Source: Algicola sp.
GTDB lineage: Bacteria; Bacteroidota; Bacteroidia; Flavobacteriales; Flavobacteriaceae
Length of the DNA stretch: 53,786 nt
NCBI GenBank assembly: GCA_018222875.1
Contig: JAAEZL010000005.1
Location: 1-53,786, forward strand
Reading direction: 5' to 3'
Numbering within the stretch: the stretch's first letter is position 1; each line of letters begins with the position of its first letter. The notes below the pieces were generated by a model, which worked only from the letters and a program-made list of their open reading frames with translations, had not been told where the DNA came from and did not search any database. The translations under genes and the position numbers were made by a program. Of the stretch, positions 9,273 through 17,429 are shown piece after piece.

Positions 9273-10440
9273 AAAAGATGTTGGCCAAGCCATTGAGGAA
9301 CATTTAACACACTTAAATGAATCTCCTGATGATCTTGTTTGGAAAAACATTGAAGAAGAGCTCAAGAAGGAAAAAAAAGATAGATATATAATTCCTTTTT
9401 GGTTAAGGTATGTCAGTATAGGTGCTATTCTATTCATTTTACTCCTAAACCGCAATAGTTCATCTTCTCCTATTAAACCAAATGACACAAATAAAGAAAA
9501 ACATCAAAAAACATCAATAACAAATAAAAACAATCAATTTAATCAGGATAAGATAACAAAACAAAATACTAATAATACTTCAGAAAGACATAGGAATAAA
9601 AACAGTAATAGTTATAAAAATTCAATAATTAAAGAGAAAAAAACAGTATCAGCATATTCAAATAAAAAAAATATAAACAATTTTTCTTCTGTGACTATCA
9701 ACACAGCAGTTAAAACAGATTCTGTTATTAATAATACATCTCAATCTGTTTTTAAACTTAATACAAAAAAAGTAGATTCTCAGGCAACTTCAACTAAAAC
9801 TTCCGAAACATCCAAAACAAAAGAATCAGTTGAAGAAGCCATACTTATTGCAGAAAAAAAACATGAAACAGAAAAGGATTCGGTTTCAAATTCTAAAACA
9901 AAAAACAAATGGAGTATTTATCCTAATATATCCTTAGTCTCTTATAACGGCTTTAACGAGTCTTTTAAGGATAAGATTAGTGTTAATTATGGTGTTCTTT
10001 TAAAATATCAAATTTCAGAAGAAGGAAGTATAAGGCTTGGTGTATCTAAATTAGATTTACAACACACTTATGAAATCAATACGGTTTCGATAACACAAGA
10101 AGTGAGTTATTTTGAAATCCCATTAGAATTCAACTACATGTTGTCAAAAAAGAAAGTTCAAATTTCTTTAATAGGTGGTTTCAGCTATTTTATAACTACA
10201 GATGCTCATCAAAAATCCTTGAACGAAAACAATAACCTTATACAATCAAATAATAAAGATGTATTTAATTCTTCAACTATGTCTTTAAATTTAGGTCTAA
10301 ATTTTAACGCTAAGGTTTATAACAATTTTTATTTAAACATAGAACCTATCTTCAAATATCAGCTTTCACCATATACAGATACCGTAAATTTTAATCCTTA
10401 CTTAATTTCAATTAGCTCAGGAATAGAATATAAATTTTAA
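9262..10440 (+). CDS. Membrane-anchored protein with C-terminal outer-membrane beta-barrel-like domain (putative anti-sigma partner)
   Basis: Overlaps the ECF gene; SPDDLVWKNIE, one TM helix, K/N/S/T-rich linker, beta-strand C-terminus (YFEIPL, IEPIFKYQL) ending YKF. Confidence 0.7.
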   Translation: MEIKKDVGQAIEEHLTHLNESPDDLVWKNIEEELKKEKKDRYIIPFWLRYVSIGAILFILLLNRNSSSSPIKPNDTNKEKHQKTSITNKNNQFNQDKITKQNTNNTSERHRNKNSNSYKNSIIKEKKTVSAYSNKKNINNFSSVTINTAVKTDSVINNTSQSVFKLNTKKVDSQATSTKTSETSKTKESVEEAILIAEKKHETEKDSVSNSKTKNKWSIYPNISLVSYNGFNESFKDKISVNYGVLLKYQISEEGSIRLGVSKLDLQHTYEINTVSITQEVSYFEIPLEFNYMLSKKKVQISLIGGFSYFITTDAHQKSLNENNNLIQSNNKDVFNSSTMSLNLGLNFNAKVYNNFYLNIEPIFKYQLSPYTDTVNFNPYLISISSGIEYKF

Positions 10441-10588
10441 CACTTACTTTGAAAAAATACTTTGCATCAAGCTTCTCTCTGATTAGTTAAAATCTATCAG
10501 ATTCTCTTAAATAAATATTAAAAAAAATCCAAAGCCAAATTGCTAACGTATTTCAAGTATTAACAAAAATATAATAGCTGATACTGCA

Positions 10589-12022
10589 ATGGATAACAAG
10601 CATACTCTACAACAAAAAATTCACTCAACTTTAGAATGGCATATAACACATTTAAAATCCTTTACAAATAAAATAAATACTATCCTGAAAGAATCTACTA
10701 AACGCAGAAACATTCTGGTTATTACTAGTACCTTTCTAATTATTAGCGTTGGCCTGTACTTCTTTAGTGTTTTTCACAATGATTTAAACGCCTTCAATTA
10801 CGAACAAAAATCAGTGCTGGTAAAGGTATTGATTACTATTGCCACAGGCCTTACTGTTTTTAAAGCATCGCTATTTCTGTTCATGATTTATCAATATTTT
10901 AGATATAAGCCTGTAGCTTCAGTAACAGATAAAGAGCTACCAACTTGTACTATTATTGTACCAGCGTATAATGAAGGTAAACAGGTTTGGGATACCTTAA
11001 TAAGTTTAGCTGAAAGTAATTACCCACAAGAAAAACTGGAGTTACTGGCAATTGATGATGGCAGTAAAGATGACACCTGGGAATGGATGTTAAAAGCAAA
11101 AGAACAACTTGGCAATTGTCTGGTTATACTTCAGCAACCAGAAAACCAGGGAAAAAGACATGCGCTTTACAGAGGATTCAATTTGGGTACAGGAGATGTA
11201 TTTGTAACTGTTGATAGTGATTCTATTGTAACCTCAGATACACTCAGAAACCTGGTAAGCCCATTCGTTGAAAATAAAGACTGTGGTGCAGTTGCCGGAA
11301 ACATTAGAGTGTTAAATAATAAAAAAGAGATTCTTCCAAAAATGCTGGATGTCAGTTTTGTATTGAGTTTTGAGTTTGTACGTTCGGCAGAAAGCAATTT
11401 AAATTCAGTATTATGCACACCAGGAGCTTTAGCTGCTTACCGAAGAACAGCTGTTCACCATTGTTTACCAGAATGGATTAACCAGACGTTTATGGGAAAA
11501 CCATCAGATATTGGTGAAGATCGAGCCATGACAAATATGATTTTAAAACAAGGCAAATCTGTCTTATTCCAGAGAAATGCAGTAGCCTACACAAATGTTC
11601 CTGAAGAATACACTGGTCTGTATAAAATGTTTATTAGATGGGGACGAAGTAATGTTAGAGAGAATTTAGAAATGGCAAAATACATTTTTACTAATTTCAG
11701 AGAAGGTCATACATCTGGAATTCGCTTATTGTTTTTAAGTCAGTTTTTAGAAATGATGATGTGCTATCCATTTTTAATCGTTATGGCATTATTTATAGCG
11801 ACTCACCCATTATTATTTTTAGGATCTACCTTTTTAAGCATACTTGTATTATCAACATTCTCTGTAGTTTTCTACTCAAATCGTTATAAAATATCAGAAT
11901 CCCTCTGGGCATACACGTACAGTATTTTATATACGTTTGGTTTATTCTGGATTACACCTTACGCAATTGCGACAGCCAGCAGAAGTGGATGGTTAACGCG
12001 TGGTTTTACAGAAAACAAGTAA
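10589..12022 (+). CDS. Membrane GT2 glycosyltransferase, hyaluronan synthase/NodC-like
   Basis: IIVPAYNE, DDGS, NQGKR, VDSD, CTPGALAAYR, GEDR, xxxRW; N- and C-terminal TM helices. Confidence 0.8.
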   Translation: MDNKHTLQQKIHSTLEWHITHLKSFTNKINTILKESTKRRNILVITSTFLIISVGLYFFSVFHNDLNAFNYEQKSVLVKVLITIATGLTVFKASLFLFMIYQYFRYKPVASVTDKELPTCTIIVPAYNEGKQVWDTLISLAESNYPQEKLELLAIDDGSKDDTWEWMLKAKEQLGNCLVILQQPENQGKRHALYRGFNLGTGDVFVTVDSDSIVTSDTLRNLVSPFVENKDCGAVAGNIRVLNNKKEILPKMLDVSFVLSFEFVRSAESNLNSVLCTPGALAAYRRTAVHHCLPEWINQTFMGKPSDIGEDRAMTNMILKQGKSVLFQRNAVAYTNVPEEYTGLYKMFIRWGRSNVRENLEMAKYIFTNFREGHTSGIRLLFLSQFLEMMMCYPFLIVMALFIATHPLLFLGSTFLSILVLSTFSVVFYSNRYKISESLWAYTYSILYTFGLFWITPYAIATASRSGWLTRGFTENK

Positions 12023-12045
12023 AAGCCTAATCAAATTTAGAGTAC

Positions 12046-12103
12046 AAGCTTCAAAAGTTTCTGATGTTGAATATGCTTCAACAACTAATCTTTGAAGCTT
12101 TTT
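12046..12103 (+). terminator. Long nested stem-loop, probable terminator after the GT2 gene
   Basis: AAGCTTCAAA (12046-55) pairs with TTTGAAGCTT (12091-100); inner TGTTGAA/TTCAACA stem; U run follows. Confidence 0.6.
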
Positions 12104-12359
12104 GTATTCAAATATCCCAATATGTCACCGACACAATGTCAGTTTAACACCATTTATTAATTTTTCACATTTCAATTTTCATAAGGAAACTCACTTAAAA
12201 TCATGAGTTTATCAAACATTAGGACAAATATTTCAGAATCTCATAATTCCTAAAATCAATATTTCTTTTGGGCACTTCCGTACAGTCCTTGTGGTAATAA
12301 GGTAGTTCTATTCAAGAAAAATAGAAGCAAATTAGAAAAGTATTAACTTAAAATAAAAC

Positions 12360-13163
12360 ATGAAAGTATTAGTAATTGGAGCTGGAAATATGGGTTTAAC
12401 CTATTCTGAAGGCATAGCAAATTCGCCATTATTAAAAAAACACAGACTTAGAATATATGATACTGACCCAAAGAAATTAGATACCTTGCGTCAGGATAAT
12501 CGATTTGATGTTTACAGCTCTCTGGAAGACGCACTACCAAAATCAGACATCGTTTTTGTAGCAGTGAAACCTTACCATAGCGATAACCTGTTTGAACAAA
12601 TGAAGCCGATGCTTAACAGTGACCAATTAATTGTATCACTCATGGCTGGAGTCACTATTGAGACCATTCAACAGAAATTAAATGTTAAAAAAGTAATCCG
12701 AACCATGCCGAATCTTCCAGCACAAGTTGGCAAAGGCGTCACTTCTTACACAGAAGCTAAAGACGTTTCTAAAGTCGAGCGTATTATGGTTCGAAACCTA
12801 TTAGATACGACTGGCACTTCAATTCATGTTGATTCAGAACTTTTTATTGATGCTTCAACTGGAATTTCTGGTAGCGGACCAGCTTATGTCTTTTACTTTA
12901 TGCAATCCATGCTGGAAGCAGCATTAAAAATGGGCTTTTCAGAATATGACTCTAAAGTATTGGTAAGCAGTACGTTCGAAGGTGCAATTGCTCTTTTTAA
13001 TGAAAATGACATATCACCAAAATCATGGATTGATAAAGTAGCTTCAAAAGGAGGTACAACTCAGGCAGCAATTGATTCGATGGAAGATAATAATGTAAAA
13101 GAGCTTATTCAGGAAGCAGCTTATGCCGCTTTTGACAGAGCTGTTGAATTAGGAAAAAAATAA
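12360..13163 (+). CDS. proC: Pyrroline-5-carboxylate reductase
   Basis: IGAGNMG, AVKP, RTMPN, SGSGPAY, VASKGGTT. Confidence 0.95.
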   Translation: MKVLVIGAGNMGLTYSEGIANSPLLKKHRLRIYDTDPKKLDTLRQDNRFDVYSSLEDALPKSDIVFVAVKPYHSDNLFEQMKPMLNSDQLIVSLMAGVTIETIQQKLNVKKVIRTMPNLPAQVGKGVTSYTEAKDVSKVERIMVRNLLDTTGTSIHVDSELFIDASTGISGSGPAYVFYFMQSMLEAALKMGFSEYDSKVLVSSTFEGAIALFNENDISPKSWIDKVASKGGTTQAAIDSMEDNNVKELIQEAAYAAFDRAVELGKK

Positions 13164-13165
13164 TC

Positions 13166-13945
13166 ATGGATAAACAAAAACCCAAACGTATAGTTGTAAA
13201 GGTTGGAACAAACGTACTGACTAATAAAGATAACCGCATTTTAGGACCTGTACTCAGAGAACTCGTAAGACAAATATCTGTCTTATATGAACGTGATATC
13301 ATGGTTATTTTGGTGTCTTCAGGGTCTGCAATTGCAGGTAAAGAAGTCTTAGGCGATACCAATATTAAGGATTCCTCCATAAGGCGACAGGTGTATTCTT
13401 CTGTCGGGCAACCCAGAATGATGCGTCATTACTACAGTATTTTTCATGATTACGGAATGCGATGTGCTCAGGTATTAGCAACTAAACGAGATTTTGATCA
13501 CGGAAAACATCGTGACAATATGATTAATTGTTATGAGGGCTTACTCTCAGAGGGCGTTATTCCTATCGCTAATGAAGATGATGCTGTATCACTTACAATG
13601 TCTATGTTTTCTGATAATGATGAGTTAGCAAGTTTGGTCGCTGAATTATTGGATGCTGACAGATTAATTATTTTATCAGATACTGATGGTCTCTATACTG
13701 GTCATCCTGATGATGAAAATTCGAAAAAATTAAACGAAGTAAAGGTGAGTCAAAATGTCGAACAATATGTTCAGGCATCTAATAAAAAAGAAGGTGAAGG
13801 ACGTGGAGGAATGGCTTCAAAACTAAGAATAGCCAAAGGCACAGCGAAAAAAGATATTCCAACGTATATCGCTAATGGCAAACGGGAAAACGTCATTATT
13901 GATATTATCGATAATAAACAAGTTGGTACTAAATTTATTCATTAA
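13166..13945 (+). CDS. proB: Glutamate 5-kinase (no PUA domain)
   Basis: VVKVGT, VSSG, NEDD, DNDELAS, DTDGLY, GRGGMASK; 259 aa. Confidence 0.93.
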   Translation: MDKQKPKRIVVKVGTNVLTNKDNRILGPVLRELVRQISVLYERDIMVILVSSGSAIAGKEVLGDTNIKDSSIRRQVYSSVGQPRMMRHYYSIFHDYGMRCAQVLATKRDFDHGKHRDNMINCYEGLLSEGVIPIANEDDAVSLTMSMFSDNDELASLVAELLDADRLIILSDTDGLYTGHPDDENSKKLNEVKVSQNVEQYVQASNKKEGEGRGGMASKLRIAKGTAKKDIPTYIANGKRENVIIDIIDNKQVGTKFIH

Positions 13946-13956
13946 AAAAATTATAT

Positions 13957-15156
13957 ATGAAACTTATAAGTTCAAAAATTAAAGATAAAGTACTCCAATC
14001 AATGATTAGAATTATTGACGAGGAGCGCGAACAGATTATTATAGAAAATCAAAAAGATTTATCCGCTTTTGAAAAAGAGGATCAGGCACTCTATGACAGG
14101 CTTATTGTGGATGACAACAAAGTTGATGACATGATTAGAGCGATTCAAGAAGTAAAAGCTCAAACCGATCCTGTTGGTCAGGACATATCAAATACAAAAT
14201 TAGATAGTGGTTTAAAAATTGTAAATAAAACAGCTCCTTTTGGAACCATCCTGATTATTTATGAATCAAGACCAGATGTAACTATTGAAGCTGCTGTTTT
14301 AGCTTTTAAAGCCAATAATAAAATCCTTTTAAAAGGTGGAAAAGAAGCGAAACACAGTAATAAAATCCTTGAAAAATGCTGGCATAAAGCCTTAAAAGAA
14401 AACGGATTATCAGAAGACTGGATCAAGCTATTACACTTAAATCGGGAGGAGACTCAGGAATTCTTAAAAAATCCACCTGAAAAGCTAGACTTAATTGTAC
14501 CTCGCGGAGGAGAACGTCTGATTAAATTTGTTAAAGAACATGCAAGTTGTGCTGTTTTGATTAGTGGTCGTGGAAATAACTTTTTATATGTCGGAAAAGA
14601 TGCAGATTGGCTAAAAGCTGTAAAAGTAATCGTCAATGCTAAAACCGATAAAATATCGGGATGCAATGCATTAGACAAGGTTTTAATTGATAAAAATCTT
14701 CCAAATTTTGAAGCTAAGGTAAATGAATTACAAACAATTCTAAACAGACTCAAAGTAGACGTGCTTACAGATAAAAAGCTTGCCGAAACATTTCCAAAAC
14801 TAAATAAAATTGAAAGTCAGCAAATATGGTTTGAAGAATTCTTAGCCATGAAAATTTTGATTGCTCAGGTTGATAATGAAGAGGAAGCAATTTCAATGAT
14901 TAACACCTACTCTGGTGGACATTCAGCGGCTATTATTACTGAAGACAACGACATTGCTAAAACATTTATGGAACATGTTGATAGTGCAGCTGTATATCAT
15001 AACGCTTCAACGCGATTTACCGATGGTGGTCAAATGGGAGTTGGCGCAGAATTAGCAATAAGCACAGATAAGCTTCATCACAGAGGTCCGTTGGGATTAA
15101 AACAATTGGTCACTAATAAGTATTATGTCTTTGGTGATGGTCATGTAAGACTGTAA
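13957..15156 (+). CDS. proA: Gamma-glutamyl phosphate reductase
   Basis: IIYESRPDVT, LKGGKEA, PRGG, CNALD, NASTRFTDG, ISTDKLHHRGP. Confidence 0.95.
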   Translation: MKLISSKIKDKVLQSMIRIIDEEREQIIIENQKDLSAFEKEDQALYDRLIVDDNKVDDMIRAIQEVKAQTDPVGQDISNTKLDSGLKIVNKTAPFGTILIIYESRPDVTIEAAVLAFKANNKILLKGGKEAKHSNKILEKCWHKALKENGLSEDWIKLLHLNREETQEFLKNPPEKLDLIVPRGGERLIKFVKEHASCAVLISGRGNNFLYVGKDADWLKAVKVIVNAKTDKISGCNALDKVLIDKNLPNFEAKVNELQTILNRLKVDVLTDKKLAETFPKLNKIESQQIWFEEFLAMKILIAQVDNEEEAISMINTYSGGHSAAIITEDNDIAKTFMEHVDSAAVYHNASTRFTDGGQMGVGAELAISTDKLHHRGPLGLKQLVTNKYYVFGDGHVRL

Positions 15157-15272
15157 ACTGAAACCTGTATTTAGTATAAATTATCAATATATAGAGACCT
15201 TTGGTTTTAACCACTTTGCAACAAATATTATCTTCAAATTAAATTACTGACATAAAAACTTGCTTTTTTGGA

Positions 15273-15280
15273 TAATTTTG
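15273..15280 (+). promoter_or_regulatory. Putative -7 promoter element
   Basis: TAATTTTG 14 nt before ATG 15295. Confidence 0.45.
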
Positions 15281-15294
15281 TTATATTACTAGTT

Positions 15295-15669
15295 ATGATA
15301 CACGCAGACAAAGAAAAATATAAAGACATTTTAGAAAACTCAGTAGATTACCTCGAACAACATGGTTTTGAGGACATTAAAGCTGATACAGAAGGCTATG
15401 AAACTCCAAAATCTTTTACAAAAAAAGGGAGTGATATAAGCATTACACCAGACATTGTAGCGATGAAAAACGGAAGAAAGCATTATTTCGACATTAGCCT
15501 TAAAAGCGAAAAGCCAAAATTATTAAAATCGAAATGGCTATTCTTAAACACGTTAACTGCGTTGAAATCACATCATTTCAAGTTAATTACTACCAAAGGT
15601 CATTATAAGTTTACCAATGAAATGCTTGATGACATTAACATGAACAACAAAAGTTTTATCAAAATTTAA
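15295..15669 (+). CDS. Hypothetical protein, possible PD-(D/E)xK-like fold
   Basis: 124 aa from ATG 15295; YLEQHGF...TPDIVAMKNGRKHYFDISLK. Confidence 0.65.
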   Translation: MIHADKEKYKDILENSVDYLEQHGFEDIKADTEGYETPKSFTKKGSDISITPDIVAMKNGRKHYFDISLKSEKPKLLKSKWLFLNTLTALKSHHFKLITTKGHYKFTNEMLDDINMNNKSFIKI

Positions 15670-15760
15670 ATTAATTTTTATTTTCTTGTAACATTTTTAG
15701 TACTTGCTACGTATAACTATATGGTACACACATTTACCCAAATTTAAAGGATACATATAA

Positions 15761-16624
15761 ATGAGACAACTAAAAATCACGAAACAGGTTACCAACAGAG
15801 AAACCGCATCGTTAGACAAGTATTTACAGGAGATTGGAAAAGTTGATTTAATTACTGCTGATGAAGAAGTAGAATTAGCACAACGCATTAAAGCAGGTGA
15901 CCAAATTGCTTTAGAAAAATTAACGAAAGCAAACCTTCGTTTCGTCGTGTCTGTGGCAAAGCAATATCAAAATCAGGGTTTAACTTTGCCTGATTTAATT
16001 AATGAAGGTAATTTAGGTTTAATAAAAGCTGCTCAACGATTTGATGAAACTCGTGGATTTAAATTTATTTCCTATGCAGTTTGGTGGATTCGTCAATCGA
16101 TTCTTCAGGCTTTAGCTGAACAGTCTCGTATTGTACGTTTGCCATTGAATAAAATTGGATCTATCAATAAAATTAATAAGACCTTTGCTTTTTTAGAGCA
16201 AAGTCATGAACGTCCGCCAAGTGCTGAAGAAATTGCAAAAGAGCTGGACATGACTATTAATGATGTGAAAGAGTCTATGAAAAACTCCGGACGTCATGTA
16301 TCTATGGATGCTCCTTTGGTTGAAGGTGAAGATTCTAACCTTTACGATGTTTTGCGTAGTGGTGAATCTCCAAATCCCGATAAAGATTTACTTCACGAAT
16401 CATTACGTACAGAAATTGAGCGTGCCTTAGAAACTCTAACACCTCGTGAAGCAGACGTGATTCGCTTATATTTCGGACTAGGGAATCAACACCCAATGAC
16501 TTTAGAAGAAATAGGTGAAACCTTTGATTTAACACGAGAACGTGTACGTCAAATTAAAGAAAAAGCCATCAGACGATTAAAACATACGTCTAGAAGTAAA
16601 ATATTAAAAACATATTTAGGTTAG
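15761..16624 (+). CDS. rpoD: Primary sigma factor (short Bacteroidota RpoD/SigA)
   Basis: [50 protein letters not shown]. Confidence 0.97.
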   Translation: MRQLKITKQVTNRETASLDKYLQEIGKVDLITADEEVELAQRIKAGDQIALEKLTKANLRFVVSVAKQYQNQGLTLPDLINEGNLGLIKAAQRFDETRGFKFISYAVWWIRQSILQALAEQSRIVRLPLNKIGSINKINKTFAFLEQSHERPPSAEEIAKELDMTINDVKESMKNSGRHVSMDAPLVEGEDSNLYDVLRSGESPNPDKDLLHESLRTEIERALETLTPREADVIRLYFGLGNQHPMTLEEIGETFDLTRERVRQIKEKAIRRLKHTSRSKILKTYLG

Positions 16625-16699
16625 GAATTGAAACTTTTTACGACCTAATACCAGTAACAAACAGTTAAAAATAACTGTTCGTTTTTTGATTGATGAAAG

Positions 16700-16733
16700 A
16701 ACCCACGGCTGATTACCGTGGGTTTGTTTTTTT
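16700..16733 (+). terminator. Intrinsic terminator after rpoD
   Basis: AACCCACGG-ctgatta-CCGTGGGTT followed by a T-rich tract. Confidence 0.85.
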
Positions 16734-16737
16734 ATCC

Positions 16738-16745
16738 TATTTTTG
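16738..16745 (+). promoter_or_regulatory. Putative -7 promoter element for rpe
   Basis: TATTTTTG just after the rpoD terminator, 14 nt before the rpe ATG. Confidence 0.5.
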
Positions 16746-16759
16746 CAAAAAAATAATGT

Positions 16760-17422
16760 ATGTCTTCAAAACTTATAGCTCCATCAATTTTAGCAGCAGA
16801 TTTCGCTAACCTTCAACGTGATATAGAAATGGTTAATTCAAGTGAAGCCGACTGGTTTCATATTGATATTATGGATGGTGTTTTTGTTCCAAATATCTCT
16901 TTTGGAATGCCAGTTTTACAAGCCATTACAACACATGCTAAAAAGTTTGTCGATGTTCATTTAATGATCGTTGATCCTGACCGTTACGTTTCAACTTTTG
17001 CTAAACTTGGAGCACATAACCTAACCGTACATTACGAAGCCTGTACGCATCTTCACAGAACACTTCAAGCCATCAAAGCTGAAGGTATGAATGCTGGAGT
17101 TGCTTTAAATCCGCATACGCCTGTATCCTTACTGGAGGATATCATAAATGATATTGATCTGGTATGTTTAATGAGTGTTAATCCAGGATTTGGCGGTCAG
17201 AGTTTCATTGAAAACACCTATTCTAAAATCAGAGCATTGAAAGCAATGATTAACAAAAAAGGAGCTTCTACAAAAATTGAAATTGATGGAGGTGTCACCA
17301 ATAAAAATGCTAAACAACTTATTGAAGCTGGTGCAGACGTCCTGGTCGCAGGAAGCTATGTTTTCAAAAGTGATAACCAGAAAGAAACCATTAAAGATTT
17401 AAAAGCTTTAGCTAACAGTTAA
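16760..17422 (+). CDS. rpe: Ribulose-phosphate 3-epimerase
   Basis: IAPSILAADF, HIDIMDG, DVHLM, MSVNPGFGGQ, IDGG. Confidence 0.97.
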   Translation: MSSKLIAPSILAADFANLQRDIEMVNSSEADWFHIDIMDGVFVPNISFGMPVLQAITTHAKKFVDVHLMIVDPDRYVSTFAKLGAHNLTVHYEACTHLHRTLQAIKAEGMNAGVALNPHTPVSLLEDIINDIDLVCLMSVNPGFGGQSFIENTYSKIRALKAMINKKGASTKIEIDGGVTNKNAKQLIEAGADVLVAGSYVFKSDNQKETIKDLKALANS

Positions 17423-17429
17423 GTAAGTT

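Noticed and set aside
12268-12286. Sigma-54 promoter upstream of proC
   Set aside because: GGCAC is present, but the -12 position reads TACA rather than TTGC.
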